Program-made: the position numbers and the translations under genes
Shown here: piece after piece, positions 30,099-42,103 of the stretch
Layout of the letters: the number at the start of each line of letters is the position of its first letter
How positions within the stretch are numbered: position 1 is the stretch's first letter
Notes under the pieces: model-generated
What the model saw: only the letters and a program-made list of their open reading frames with translations
Told to the model about the DNA's origin: nothing
Database searches by the model: none
Source: an uncultured delta proteobacterium
GTDB lineage: Bacteria > Desulfobacterota > Syntrophia > Syntrophales > UBA2185
Direction of reading: 5' to 3'
DNA length: 64,000 nt
Assembly (NCBI GenBank): GCA_963729715.1
Contig: CAVSPA010000005.1
Span: forward strand, 32,001-96,000

Positions 30099-30521
30099 TG
30101 TTTCCTGCCTCTTATCCTTATCTCTCTTTGAGTCTGATAAGATTCTCTTGGTGCGTTAAATATAGTAGAATTGGTCAAATGTGTCAAAAAAAATAATAAC
30201 TTCAGAAGCGCCGATGGAATTACGGTACGGAATATCTTCTGGCGATTTCAAGACTAAGTAAGAAAAACATGATTCTCACCGTATAAAAACTTGACGAGAA
30301 AGTTCAGCCAAAATAAATGGGGGACACAGGGGGTTTATACTTGCATAGTAATGACGATACTAAGAGACATTTGAAAGACAACGACGGCAAGCACGTCACG
30401 CGCGCCCACGGCCTTTTTTGTTCTGTTTTTTTGTTCTTGACAGTCAATTGCTTTCTTTCTATTATTTTTGTGACGAGATAGTCGAGAGTCTCAGCAACTA
30501 TGACTCTAAGAAAGGCCGATT

Positions 30522-31040
30522 ATGAAAACATCAGTACGATGGCTCATCAGTTTCATCTTGGTGTGCAGTGTCGTCATATTTTTCTCCGTACCGTATATAG
30601 CTCCAGGACAGGGGAGCGCCAGAGCAGACCAGGATGACCGTGCCTTAGATTTTACCTTAAAAGATTTGGATGGACGAAACGTCAATCTGAGCGATTATAA
30701 GGGAAAGACAGTCGTATTGTATTTCATGGCAACCTGGTGTCCCGAATGTCGCGGCGCGATTCCACAGCTCAAAGAGCTCTATGCCTCATACAACCCAAAA
30801 GGATTAGTCCTTCTCTCTATCGATGTCATGGAATCGAAGGAAAGGGCAGCAGCCTTTTCAAGGAAACACAACATCCCCTATCCCATCCTCCTGGATGAAG
30901 AGGGAAAGGTCTACAGGAGTTATGGCGTCGGCGGCGTGCCCGTCAAGGCCTTGATCGACCGGGCCGGCCGGATCATTTGCTGGAATTGCCGCTCCTTCGA
31001 CAACCTGCTCACGAAGCAGTTCGAAATGCATACCAAGTAG
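30522..31040 (+). CDS. TlpA/ResA-like thiol-disulfide oxidoreductase
   Basis: Signal anchor; DFTLKDLDG..V.LSDYKGK; ATWCPEC; YGV.GVP...LIDR.G. Confidence 0.9.
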   Translation: MKTSVRWLISFILVCSVVIFFSVPYIAPGQGSARADQDDRALDFTLKDLDGRNVNLSDYKGKTVVLYFMATWCPECRGAIPQLKELYASYNPKGLVLLSIDVMESKERAAAFSRKHNIPYPILLDEEGKVYRSYGVGGVPVKALIDRAGRIICWNCRSFDNLLTKQFEMHTK

Positions 31041-31360
31041 CTGGCGCAATTTCCTGCCTGCCATATTTTTGACCTCTTGTTTGTGAAGCCATGAGGACCC
31101 GCAGCTTTCCAGTTTCTCAAAGGACCTTAAGTGTAAGTTACGGTTTGTCGTGCACAGTCACTGTAGATAGCGGAAAAAAATGGAGGCCCGTAAAAACGCG
31201 CCTTAAGAGAATTTTGATAACACCGGAATGTGTCTTGTTCTTGAAATTTCGACTGTGCCGAAATTGACATAATCACGCTGCCCGGGAGCGTGATAAAGGC
31301 AAGAAGAGTTGCCCTCTCCCCCCGCCTCCTGTCGACAAAGGAAAGACGCGGGCAATAGTG

Positions 31361-31786
31361 TCACTTGGGTTCTGTGGGATACCCGGCATCCGTCCAGGCA
31401 TGAAACCCGCCCAGAAGGGCGCTCACTGATTTGAAGCCCTTGTCCAACAAAAATTGTGCCGCACGGGCACTGGTGGCTTCATTGTGTCAGGTACAATAGG
31501 TGATGATCTGTTTGTCCTTGGGGATCTCTTTGTACCTTTCCTCCATCTGAACTATGGGAATCCTCACTGCCCCTTTTATCTTGATCCTGCTGCCTGCATA
31601 ATCCTCGCCTGTTCGGACATCGATAATTACCAAGCCTTCCCCTTTATCCAGCTTTGCCTTCAGTTCTTGAACCGTGATCCTCGGTATACCATCTGTTGCA
31701 GAGAAAGCTGCCGGCACAATTAGCTGATTAGAAAAGACAATACAAAGAGAAAGCAGCAGTACTTTCCACAGCCATCGCAATGCCAT
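31361..31786 (-). CDS. Exported rhodanese-like selenoprotein (CxU), in-frame UGA at 31487-31489
   Basis: Read-through gives YCT-U-HNEATSARAAQFLLDKGFKSVSALLGGFHAWTDAGYPTEPK*, completing the rhodanese domain. Confidence 0.88.
31456..31470 (-). promoter_or_regulatory. Candidate bacterial SECIS hairpin
   Basis: GUGCC-CGUGC-GGCAC stem-loop starting 16 nt 3' of the UGA. Confidence 0.7.
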
Positions 31787-32072
31787 CACTGTCACATCCT
31801 TTCCAGGAGAAATGTATTACTATATCTGAGAATGGTTAAAGGCCTTCCCTGATAGCGGGAAGGCCCGGATATCGTCCGTGAAGCGCCTTCGAAAGCCTTA
31901 CGGACGGAATTAGCAAATAATATCTTCGAATATCAGTTTGACTGCTGAAGCCGCACCATCCATCCTGCCTACTTTGCAGAAGGAAGGCTAAAATCCTTCA
32001 GAAAACTAAGACCAACTTCACAATGGGCAAACATCTTAAACCGGCTAAAAAAATTGGGTGGGTCGCCGGTTA

Positions 32073-32546
32073 TTACTGAAGTCCTTTAACTGCGCCGGGG
32101 AAACAGCATTCCCACTTTGGCTGGCCATCTTCTTCATTACGAAGTTTCATTGTCATATTGCCCTTGCTGATTTCTGTAGCTATGATAGAGGAACCAAATT
32201 TCTTGCCTCTGACCATAACGCTGTCACCGGCCATAAATTTAATCTTCTGATTTTCAATGAACCACTTGGGTCCCATATAAACAGTATAAGCATTACCCTG
32301 GTCTGTCTTGAACTTCATCTCCAGACCACCTTTCACTCCGGCCATCTTCCCCATTGCGACTACTTTGCCGGATTCAACCACGATAGCCTCGGTTCCTGTA
32401 AAGCCTGATTCGGCTGTAACAGTTCCGGGAAGCCCAATAGTCCATGCACCCCTTGATACGCTAGGTGATTTCTGAGCAAATGCCACTGGGACAAACATCA
32501 TACTAATTGCAACAACTACGACAATCCCTATTGCCAATCTCCGCAT
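32073..32546 (-). CDS. Exported OB-fold-like protein
   Basis: Signal peptide; VYMGP.WF......F..GD.V.V.G....IIA.EI.KG....LR...G.P.W; AAGGAGG RBS. Confidence 0.7.
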   Translation of the reverse strand: MRRLAIGIVVVVAISMMFVPVAFAQKSPSVSRGAWTIGLPGTVTAESGFTGTEAIVVESGKVVAMGKMAGVKGGLEMKFKTDQGNAYTVYMGPKWFIENQKIKFMAGDSVMVRGKKFGSSIIATEISKGNMTMKLRNEEDGQPKWECCFPGAVKGLQ

Positions 32547-32871
32547 AGCTTCCTCCTTAAGATAGTTAAATAAATTGTTTGGACCCACCCTCTTTTTTTG
32601 AGCTTAATGCTTTTATCTACAGAAGATTTACCCTGCTGTCAATAAACGGTTTGCTTGAGGTTCATGATAAAATGATATCTTGAAGCGTATATTAATGCAT
32701 AAATTACGTATTTCAATAGTGGTTTAATAGACGTATAGTAGTAGGCTAATACTACCATGGTGGAGACGCAGAAATACACCCGCAATTCTGTCCGAAATAG
32801 CCCCCATGAGTCGTGCCATTATATGTTTATTGCTTGCCGCCTTTTCTTCCCACTCAAGTCAGAGGTAAAGA

Positions 32872-32893
32872 ACCCCGTGCTTCCGCACGGGGT
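32872..32893. repeat. GC-rich palindrome (REP or IS200/IS605-end-like)
   Basis: ACCCCGTGC-TTCC-GCACGGGGT. Confidence 0.45.
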
Positions 32894-33067
32894 ATCCAGG
32901 GTTTGATTTTCATGAAATCTTGATTAGCCGCAGGTACGTGCGTACTTAAGGCTGCAGGGATTTTTCTGTTGCATCCTTGCAAATTAAATTTGTATAGAAG
33001 GCAGAAACCTTCAATCGAGTATATGCCGCGTGAGGAAAAGAAATGGTGAAGTCGTTGATTAGCCTGG

Positions 33068-33775
33068 ATGGGAGAGATGATGGATAAGAGACCATCAATC
33101 ATAGGGAGGATGTTCGATAGAATTGCGCCTACCTACGATCTGCTCAACACGATTCTGTCTTTATCTCTTGATAAAGCATGGAGAAGGACGGCCATAAATC
33201 TCCTGGAGATCCGTGCCGGTGACACAGTTCTCGATATAGCGACCGGCACCGGTGACCTCGCCCTTCCCGCCTCTGCTGGCGGCGTAAACGTCATAGGCAT
33301 CGACCTCTCCAAGCAAATGCTCCTGCGTGCCCTTGGGAAGGCCGATCGGCAGGACCTGCGTACACGCTACTCCGTGGTGCGGGGTGATGCCCTTTCCATG
33401 CCCTTCCGCAACGAGACATTTAACTCGGCCATGGTGGCTTTCGGTATAAGGAACATGAATAATCTGGAGGCTTTCTTCGCGGAGATACACCGGGTATTGT
33501 GTATCACCGGCCGTTTTTCCGTACTCGAGTTTTCCCTGCCGGAAAGTTCGCTCTTCAGATGGATATATGGGGCTTACCTGACATATGCGGTGCCCATAAT
33601 AGGCGGTCTGATTTCCGGCGACTATGATGCCTACCGGTATCTGCGGGACTCAGTGAGGGGGTTCCCTGTTCCTAAGGCACTGGAGGACATGATTAAAGGG
33701 CAAGGTTTCCGAGTTGTCCGCTCAAGGTCCGTCTTCGGGGGCATATCCCATCTTTACCTGATAGAAAAGCAATGA
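33068..33775 (+). CDS. ubiE: Ubiquinone/menaquinone methyltransferase
   Basis: MFDRIAPTYDLLN, VLDIATGTGD, AFGIRN, LEFS.P, AY.YL..SV; start may be 33077 or 33080. Confidence 0.92.
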   Translation: MGEMMDKRPSIIGRMFDRIAPTYDLLNTILSLSLDKAWRRTAINLLEIRAGDTVLDIATGTGDLALPASAGGVNVIGIDLSKQMLLRALGKADRQDLRTRYSVVRGDALSMPFRNETFNSAMVAFGIRNMNNLEAFFAEIHRVLCITGRFSVLEFSLPESSLFRWIYGAYLTYAVPIIGGLISGDYDAYRYLRDSVRGFPVPKALEDMIKGQGFRVVRSRSVFGGISHLYLIEKQ

Positions 33776-33805
33776 TGAATTGTCGGAATTGTGGGCAAGC
33801 TTACG

Positions 33806-36154
33806 TCATTTCTCAAGGGCAAGCTTTAAGACCTCAAGCATATCATCTACGAAGTAAAGTTGCATATCCTTCTGGACTTTCGGGGGGATGTCCACCAGAT
33901 CCTTTTTGTTCCACTTGGGCAGGATTATTGTTTTGATGCCGGCACGATGAGCAGCCAATGCCTTTTCTTTAATGCCGCCGACAGGGAGTACCAGTCCCCG
34001 TAAGGTAATCTCGCCAGTCATGGCAAGGTCTTTCTTGACTGTCTTCCCGGTTAAAAGCGAGGCCAGTGCCGTAAGCATGGTAACGCCTGCAGACGGTCCA
34101 TCCTTCGGAATTGCTCCGGCGGGTACATGAATATGAATATCATTCTCTTCAAAAAAATCTACTGATATACCCAGATCGCTTGCATTGGCGCGAATGAAAC
34201 TCAAGGCGGCCGTGGCTGACTCCTTCATGACCTCTCCTAGTTGACCGGTTAATGTCAGACCCTTCTTCCCTTTCATGGCCGTTGCTTCGATAAAGAGAAT
34301 ATCGCCGCCTGTTGGCGTCCATGCAAGGCCTGTCGCCACGCCGGGTTTCGACGTCCGCGCGCTGACTTCGGACATGATGCGTACGGGGCCCAGATACTTG
34401 TGCAAATCCTTAACGGAGATGGATGCCTTTTTAAGTTCCCCTCCGGCCACCATGCTTGCTATCCCCCGGCATATCGTACCGATCTCCCTTTCAAGATTCC
34501 TCAGTCCAGCCTCCCGCGTATATCCTGTTATTATGAGCGTTATGGCACTCCTTGTAAAGCTGATCTGCTGCTGGGAAATACCATTGGCAGCTGTCTGCCT
34601 GGGGATAAGATAGCGCTCGGCAATTTTTACTTTCTCGTCAAGCGTATATCCAGGAAGTTCGATAACCTCCATCCTGTCACGCAGGGGAGGAGGGATCGTA
34701 TCGAGGATGTTGGCAGTGGTTATGAATATGACGTGGGAAAGATCAAAGGGCACATCCAGGTAGTGATCCATGAAGGAATAATTCTGCTCCGGATCGAGTA
34801 CTTCGAGAAGGGCCGACGATGGATCTCCCCGGAAATCACTGCCTACCTTGTCTATTTCATCGAGTACAAATACGGGGTTATTTGATTCGGCCCGCCTTAT
34901 GCCTTGGATAATACGGCCGGGAAGGGCTCCCACATATGTCCTGCGGTGTCCGCGGATTTCCGCTTCATCCCGCACACCCCCGAGAGCAATACGGACAAAC
35001 TTGCGACCCAGGGCATGGGCTATGGAAAGTGCGAGTGACGTCTTGCCTGTGCCGGGAGGCCCCACAAAACAGAGGATAGGTCCTTTGGAATCTGGTTTGA
35101 GTTTGCGTACGGCAAGATACTCTATGATGCGCTTCTTAGCCTTATCCAGGCCGAAGTGATCGTCATCCAGAATTTTTCTGGCCTTCTTGATATCGAGGTT
35201 GTCCTCCGTGCTTTCATTCCACGGGAGTGCGGTTATCCAGTCGAGATAGGTCAATGCAACAGTATACTCGGCTGAAGATGGATGCATGCGCGAGAGTCTT
35301 TCAAGCTCCCGCTCGGCCTCTTTCTTCGCTTCTGCAGGAAGATTTTTTTTCTCAATCTTGGCCCGGTATTCTGCGACTTCAACATTTGTTTCATCTGTCT
35401 CGCCCAATTCCTGCTTTATCGCCTTGAGCTGCTGACGGAGATAGTATTCGCGCTGACTCTTGTCAATATCGTCTTTCACCTGAGACTGAATTTTGTTGCC
35501 CAGTTCCAGAACTTCCAACTGGTGGCTTATGAGCCTCGTAACTTCCTTCAGGCGCTCTTTAACATCGAGTATTTCCAGAATTTTCTGCTTTTCGGCAGGC
35601 ACGGAATTTACGATTGAGGCAATCACGTCGGCAAGCACACTTGGAGAAGTGATCGCCTTGGCCATGGCGCCAAACTCCTGAGGCAGAACGGGTGACAATT
35701 TAACCATCCTGTCAAACAACCCGTTAAGATTTGCCATAAGCGCCTCTATCTCGATATCCTTTTCGACCTCATCTGCAACTACTTCCACCCGGGCCCGCAT
35801 GTAAGGCTTGCCGTCCACAAATTCCGTGATCTTAAATCTGCTCACGCCCTGCACGAGAAGGGTCGCCCCATTCTCGCCCGTTTTTGCCATCTTCACGATC
35901 ACAACACTTGTCCCTATTGTGTAAAGATCCTCGGCCTGGTTCTTGATCTCCGCCGGTGCTTTCTTGGACATGACGAGTCCCACGATACGGTCTGCAGCCA
36001 TTGCCTCATCAACGAGCGTCATAGTCTGCTCGCCAAATACCTCCAGCGGAAACACCATATTCGGGAATACGACGACACTGAATAACGGCACGAGCGGTAA
36101 AATGTCCGGTATCTTGAGAACTTTTAATTCATCAGTTGATTTTTCTTCTGCCAT
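33806..36154 (-). CDS. lon: Lon protease
   Basis: [36 protein letters not shown]. Confidence 0.97.
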   Translation of the reverse strand: MAEEKSTDELKVLKIPDILPLVPLFSVVVFPNMVFPLEVFGEQTMTLVDEAMAADRIVGLVMSKKAPAEIKNQAEDLYTIGTSVVIVKMAKTGENGATLLVQGVSRFKITEFVDGKPYMRARVEVVADEVEKDIEIEALMANLNGLFDRMVKLSPVLPQEFGAMAKAITSPSVLADVIASIVNSVPAEKQKILEILDVKERLKEVTRLISHQLEVLELGNKIQSQVKDDIDKSQREYYLRQQLKAIKQELGETDETNVEVAEYRAKIEKKNLPAEAKKEAERELERLSRMHPSSAEYTVALTYLDWITALPWNESTEDNLDIKKARKILDDDHFGLDKAKKRIIEYLAVRKLKPDSKGPILCFVGPPGTGKTSLALSIAHALGRKFVRIALGGVRDEAEIRGHRRTYVGALPGRIIQGIRRAESNNPVFVLDEIDKVGSDFRGDPSSALLEVLDPEQNYSFMDHYLDVPFDLSHVIFITTANILDTIPPPLRDRMEVIELPGYTLDEKVKIAERYLIPRQTAANGISQQQISFTRSAITLIITGYTREAGLRNLEREIGTICRGIASMVAGGELKKASISVKDLHKYLGPVRIMSEVSARTSKPGVATGLAWTPTGGDILFIEATAMKGKKGLTLTGQLGEVMKESATAALSFIRANASDLGISVDFFEENDIHIHVPAGAIPKDGPSAGVTMLTALASLLTGKTVKKDLAMTGEITLRGLVLPVGGIKEKALAAHRAGIKTIILPKWNKKDLVDIPPKVQKDMQLYFVDDMLEVLKLALEK

Positions 36155-36213
36155 GGAAACCTCCAAACTGAATTCCTTATTGACCCGTCCAACACGAATT
36201 ATTCCCCGTCTTA

Positions 36214-36657
36214 TCAGTCTCCCTGAATAGGTATTTTGAGAACTCTGTTGAGAGGCAGTTTTGCCATGCGTATCTGAAGAAGCCCGTCTGCGTACGTCGC
36301 TGTGATTGATTCGGTATCGATGGGCAGCGGCAGGGAAAGATTTCTTTCAAAGTAACCGTACGTTATTTCTGCAAGATGATATCTCGTGTTTCGCCCGACC
36401 GGCGTTTCCCTCTTCCCATAGATTCTCAGTACCCTGCGATGAACCTCCACATATAGATCCTCTGTCTTCACACCGGCAATATCTGTAACTATCATGATCT
36501 CATCAGGTGATTCATATATATCCACCTGCGGCCGCCAGACATTTTCGAAAACCGTAAAAGTCGAATTGATCAGAGAAAAAACCTCATCGATGCTCTTTCT
36601 TAATTCTGAACTGATATCTACGATGTCGTCCGTAAATCTTACTTTTATGAAACTCAT
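36214..36657 (-). CDS. Hsp20 small heat-shock protein
   Basis: [14 protein letters not shown]...LP, A.Y.DGLL.I. Confidence 0.92.
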   Translation of the reverse strand: MSFIKVRFTDDIVDISSELRKSIDEVFSLINSTFTVFENVWRPQVDIYESPDEIMIVTDIAGVKTEDLYVEVHRRVLRIYGKRETPVGRNTRYHLAEITYGYFERNLSLPLPIDTESITATYADGLLQIRMAKLPLNRVLKIPIQGD

Positions 36658-36888
36658 CTCCGTCTCCTTGCGGTCGTAGGTAAGAGAAATCATCTGGTTT
36701 TAAAATTAGCATTGATAAATATAGTTTGTAAAGACATTCTGTGCCGGGCTCTCCATAATTGTTTTTCTTCATTTTTCCCCGGCACCGTGCTATACAGCCC
36801 CGATCCGATAATCCATCTATTATTTGGAACGATGTAACAAGTCCAATAATATTCCCTGTGATCAAACAAAAACTTTTCGAGGTTTCTT

Positions 36889-37443
36889 ATGCTTCTCAAA
36901 CCCTGGACAATTATTTCAAGCCATGTTGACAAATCCTACCGGCTTTTCAACCTGCGACGTGATAGCGCCCGTTCTCCGCGTACAGGCGAAACGCACGATT
37001 TTTATATTCTCGAGTCGCCATCTTGGGTAAATATTATTCCCCTTACACCTGCGAAGGAGGTTGTATTGATCCGACAGTATCGTTTTGGCATTCGGGATAT
37101 GACCCTGGAAATCCCTGGCGGACTCATGGAACCGTCGGACTCACCGGAAGAAGCTGCACTGCGCGAACTGAGGGAAGAAACAGGCTACCGGGGAGAAAAA
37201 CTGATTCCCCTCGGGACAGTACATCCAAACCCCGCCATTCAGAACAATCTCTGCTATACTTTCCTTGCCGCAGATGTCTTTTCCGTAGGACAGCTGCTTC
37301 AGGATGATCGGGAGGACATAGAAGTGGTCCTCCAGCCGCTTTCAGAAATTCCCCGTCTAATCCGAGAGGGGACAATTTCTCATGCGCTGGTTATCGCGGC
37401 ATTTTACCGCTTCTACATGGAGTACAGGCCAGACATGAAATGA
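36889..37443 (+). CDS. NUDIX hydrolase (ADP-ribose pyrophosphatase-like)
   Basis: QYR, EIPGG, AALRELREETG Nudix box. Confidence 0.92.
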   Translation: MLLKPWTIISSHVDKSYRLFNLRRDSARSPRTGETHDFYILESPSWVNIIPLTPAKEVVLIRQYRFGIRDMTLEIPGGLMEPSDSPEEAALRELREETGYRGEKLIPLGTVHPNPAIQNNLCYTFLAADVFSVGQLLQDDREDIEVVLQPLSEIPRLIREGTISHALVIAAFYRFYMEYRPDMK

Positions 37444-37457
37444 TTAAGAGGATAGGC

Positions 37458-37668
37458 ATGAACGATGTGCTAAAAAATCGTATCCGGGCGGCGCGTGGTG
37501 AAATCCCACCTGATCTGGTGTTAAAAGACGGCAAGGTGACCAATGTATTTACTTGCGAGGCCGTCGAAACAGATATGGACATCTCAACCCGTCATTCCTG
37601 AATTGAAGATCACGGATAGGGGGCTGGTGGACGTAGAGGAATTCAAACACGTGCCTCTATTTGTATGA
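37458..37668 (+). pseudogene. ade: Adenine deaminase remnant, N- and C-termini joined out of frame
   Basis: MNDVLKNRIRAARGEIPPDLVLKDGKVTNVFTCE then, in another frame, PVIPELKITDRGLVDVEEFKHVPLFV*. Confidence 0.85.
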
Positions 37669-37707
37669 GATATACCCACCGCCCTGCAACCGAAGTTACC
37701 TGCTGGT

Positions 37708-39309
37708 CTAAATATCTTTGATGTCTTTCGTAAATTTCAATCGCCCTTCTTTGATCATGGCCTCCTTGTTTTTCATGATCCACGAAACGGTGACTTCGCT
37801 TTTTTTCATCCTGAGGAGCTGAGCCCCTATGGCTGCCTTCTTCGCTTCAAAGTCCTTGAGATCAAGCTTACCTCTTTCCTTGAACTTCACTATTACAACG
37901 TTTCCGTTGATGTCATAGACAGTGTCCGGATAAGGGTTCTTTTCAGAAAGCTGAAAGAGAGCAATACTCATGTCCCGAGAGAAGCCGACTTTCGGCATTG
38001 CGGAACTAGGCATAAATAGTCCCGTTTCTTCAACCTTCAGGCCCTTTTCCTGGGCGATCTTTGTGAGCACCTCTCCCTTCTTAAGGTGGTCAAGGATATC
38101 GATCGCGTCCTTCTTACACATGCGAGCGGACTCTTCTTCCAGGTATTGCTTCTCGACCTCCTTCTCGATTTCATTGAAAGCTGGGACATGGGCGGGTCTT
38201 CTATCAATAAGTTTGAGAACGTAACATGCCTTATCATCCGAGACTACGGTACTTATCTCATTTTTTTGAAGGCCGAAGGCTACTCTTGCAAAGTCCTGAA
38301 CCTGCCGGAATTCTTGGGGGGGATTTTTTGCACTGAAAAAATTTGTGCTGTTGACCTTGAATCCATTCTTCCCTGCGAATTCGTCAAAGTTTTCTTTTTG
38401 ATAAATTTCATCGTGGGCCTTCTTGGCTTCCAGGGAAGCCACGCGCATGCCATGGACTTGCTTCAATGCATCAACAATACCACTCTTGACTTCTGCAAAA
38501 GCAGCGACTGCGCCTCCCTTTTTCATAAACTTATCCTTGTTGCGGTTATAGTAATCGGTCGCTTCCGCATCAGATACCGTCACAGAGGACATAAAGTTCC
38601 GGCCTGGAAATGAGATGTATTTGATCTCTATCTCATCCGGAACGCTGAAGGCATTTTCATGTTCCTTCATATACGTCTCCAGATCGGCACGGCGAGAGCT
38701 GATCTTCTGCCTGTAACTCTTCGCTGAAAGGCTGAGATATTGTACATTAATCTTTTCATTCTGAAGCCGGTAAAGATCAAACACTTCTTTCTCTGAAACC
38801 TTGACAGCGCTCTGGATAATGTCTTCCAGTTTTACCGTTGTTATCAACATTCTTTGACTGTCTTCAAAATCGGTCGCCGTCATCTTGTTCTGGCGCAGGA
38901 GCTGATTATAGATCCTTTCGTCAAATACGCCGTCCCTTTGAAAAGCAGGAGTGGAGAGGATTGATCCCTTAATTTCTTCCTCCGAAACCTCTATGCCTAA
39001 GTCCTTAGCCTTTTGAAGGATAACGGCTTGATTAATGATGCTGTCATATGCCTGCTGCTTAAGATTCAGGCCCTTTAAAATATCATCCGTAAGCGCTCCT
39101 TTGTATTGCTCTCTGTAGGCATCAAGAAGCTTTTGGTAATTCTTATGAAATTCTGCATAGGGGATGACCCTGCCGTCGATCATGGCGATGGCTTCCGCCT
39201 TTTGCCTCCAACGGGTGGAGCCGAAATAAAAGATGAAGACAATAATAACCATTCCCAGTAGAATTTTCACGAGCCAGTTCTTGGCATGTTTCCGCATTAG
39301 ATCAAGCAT
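37708..39309 (-). CDS. ppiD: PpiD/SurA-N periplasmic folding chaperone
   Basis: MLDLMRK..., N-terminal TM, SurA_N-like A..LGI.VS.EE...I...P.FQ.DG.FD. Confidence 0.8.
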   Translation of the reverse strand: MLDLMRKHAKNWLVKILLGMVIIVFIFYFGSTRWRQKAEAIAMIDGRVIPYAEFHKNYQKLLDAYREQYKGALTDDILKGLNLKQQAYDSIINQAVILQKAKDLGIEVSEEEIKGSILSTPAFQRDGVFDERIYNQLLRQNKMTATDFEDSQRMLITTVKLEDIIQSAVKVSEKEVFDLYRLQNEKINVQYLSLSAKSYRQKISSRRADLETYMKEHENAFSVPDEIEIKYISFPGRNFMSSVTVSDAEATDYYNRNKDKFMKKGGAVAAFAEVKSGIVDALKQVHGMRVASLEAKKAHDEIYQKENFDEFAGKNGFKVNSTNFFSAKNPPQEFRQVQDFARVAFGLQKNEISTVVSDDKACYVLKLIDRRPAHVPAFNEIEKEVEKQYLEEESARMCKKDAIDILDHLKKGEVLTKIAQEKGLKVEETGLFMPSSAMPKVGFSRDMSIALFQLSEKNPYPDTVYDINGNVVIVKFKERGKLDLKDFEAKKAAIGAQLLRMKKSEVTVSWIMKNKEAMIKEGRLKFTKDIKDI

Positions 39310-39448
39310 TGCTTATTTCCTTATTTGTGATATTAGGCACAAATCTGTATTACAGCCGTTCGCAAAATGCAATACATTTTTAAAAAGTCGTTGATTAGGA
39401 AAGCGAAATACTGTATAGGAAGGTGTTTCGTGATAGGGTCGCGCATAA

Positions 39449-40516
<1,068 letters not shown>

Positions 40517-40688
40517 TTCCACACCTTTCGGAATATTCTAATTTTCAAATAGGACCAGGACAGATTATCATTTTGTGTCCGAAAGATGAAATCTATCACG
40601 ATTCCCGAAATATAAGTTGCCTCCGTTGCAGGGCCGGTTCGAGGGACAATTTCCCCGTCGTTGCCGCCCATATTTTTGCTGTAGAAAT

Positions 40689-41537
40689 ATGTTGCTTCCC
40701 AAGAAACATCAGCCGCTCATAATAGCATGCCTCCTGGTAGTTATCTCTCTCATCATATTATCTTACAGCGTGAAACAGCCGACGAGTGTCGGTTTTTTCA
40801 GGGAACTGATCCTGGAAACTGCCGCTCCATTAGCCGGTATGATAACCGTCTCTTTCAAGGATATTGCAGGCGTCTGGAAGAGGTATATACTTCTTGTGGG
40901 ACTGGAAGATGAAAACGGACGCCTGAAAAGGGATAACGCATTATTGATACAAGAAATAAATCGATACCGGGAAGGCTACCTCGAGAATATACGCTTGCAA
41001 AAACTCCTTTCCCTTAAAGAGAGGACCAATCATCATACGATAGCTGCGACGGTCATCGGCAAAGACCAGACCTCGATAGTCAAGACGATTTTGATTAACA
41101 AGGGAACGTCACATGGCTTGAGGCTCGATCTGCCGGTCATCGCTGACCAGGGGGTTGTCGGGAGGATTGTTGAGACGTCCGCCCATGTGTCGAGGGTCCT
41201 GCTTCTCATAGACGAAAATAGCAATAGCGATGCTCTTATTCAAGAAAGCAGGATACAGGGAATTCTTCAAGGGGCCGCTTCCCTTGGATGTTCTCTTAAA
41301 TACGTCCCGAAAACGGAAACTGTAAGCGTCGGAAATATAGTAGTTACTTCCGGGCTGTCCGGTCTCTTTCCCAAGGGCTTGCTCCTCGGCGTCGTGAAAA
41401 ACGTGGAGAAGACGGACAGCGGATTATTTCAGCAGATTGCTGTCGCTCCCTTCGTTGATTTTTCGAAGCTTGAAGAAGTGATGGTAATTGTGCTGGATAA
41501 AACTGATAATATAGGAAGAACCCGTAAACTGAATTAA
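40689..41537 (+). CDS. mreC: MreC
   Basis: TM plus coiled coil; INKG...G, GVVGRI, VVTSG....FPKGL. Confidence 0.94.
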   Translation: MLLPKKHQPLIIACLLVVISLIILSYSVKQPTSVGFFRELILETAAPLAGMITVSFKDIAGVWKRYILLVGLEDENGRLKRDNALLIQEINRYREGYLENIRLQKLLSLKERTNHHTIAATVIGKDQTSIVKTILINKGTSHGLRLDLPVIADQGVVGRIVETSAHVSRVLLLIDENSNSDALIQESRIQGILQGAASLGCSLKYVPKTETVSVGNIVVTSGLSGLFPKGLLLGVVKNVEKTDSGLFQQIAVAPFVDFSKLEEVMVIVLDKTDNIGRTRKLN

Positions 41538-41590
41538 GAAGGGCGTCTCCGTGTCCTGACTTTCTGCGGATGCCCCATAGGTAATAAGAA

Positions 41591-42103
41591 GTGACCTATT
41601 ATATATCATTGCCTTTTTTTTCTTTGGCGCTCATAGTTTCGCAGATGATGATTGAGGATATTGTCTTCTCCGGGAAAATAGCTGTGGAACTGTCCTTGAT
41701 AGTGGTAATATATGCAGGCTTCCGATTCGATGTGCTGAGAGGGGGAATTCTGAGCTTTATCCTTGGATTCATACGTGACTGCTTAACATGCCCGCTTTCC
41801 GGACTTTATACTCTCATATATGTGCTTGTATTTTTGATTTCAAAGCTCGCTTCTCTCAGGATATCGCCGGGACAGCCATTCTTGATTGCGAGTTTGACAC
41901 TTGTATGTGCGCTTTTTGAAGGCATGATAATCATTTTATTTCACCCGTTGTTATATGGGGGCGGCATTTCCACCCATGCAATTTTAGCTTATTTACCACA
42001 GATATTAATTGTCAGCGTCCTTAGCCCTGTTTTGTTTAGGGCCTTCCATTGGACTGAGGCGGCATTGAATGGCAGAGAATCACAGCCGGTTAAGCGGACA
42101 TGA
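41591..42103 (+). CDS. mreD: MreD
   Basis: Hydrophobic 170-aa ORF between mreC and mrdA. Confidence 0.8.
   Translation: MTYYISLPFFSLALIVSQMMIEDIVFSGKIAVELSLIVVIYAGFRFDVLRGGILSFILGFIRDCLTCPLSGLYTLIYVLVFLISKLASLRISPGQPFLIASLTLVCALFEGMIIILFHPLLYGGGISTHAILAYLPQILIVSVLSPVLFRAFHWTEAALNGRESQPVKRT

Noticed and set aside
31487..31795. Truncated rhodanese pseudogene
   Set aside because: UGA at the active-site loop, intact downstream frame and hairpin favour selenocysteine recoding
32073..32546. MamS/MamX-like OB fold as a sign of magnetosomes
   Set aside because: No other mam genes or heme motifs; this domain also occurs in non-magnetotactic bacteria
36706..36732. CIRCE element upstream of hsp20-lon
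   Set aside because: Left arm TTAGCATTG is partial and the right arm GTTTGTAAA matches GAGTGCTAA poorly
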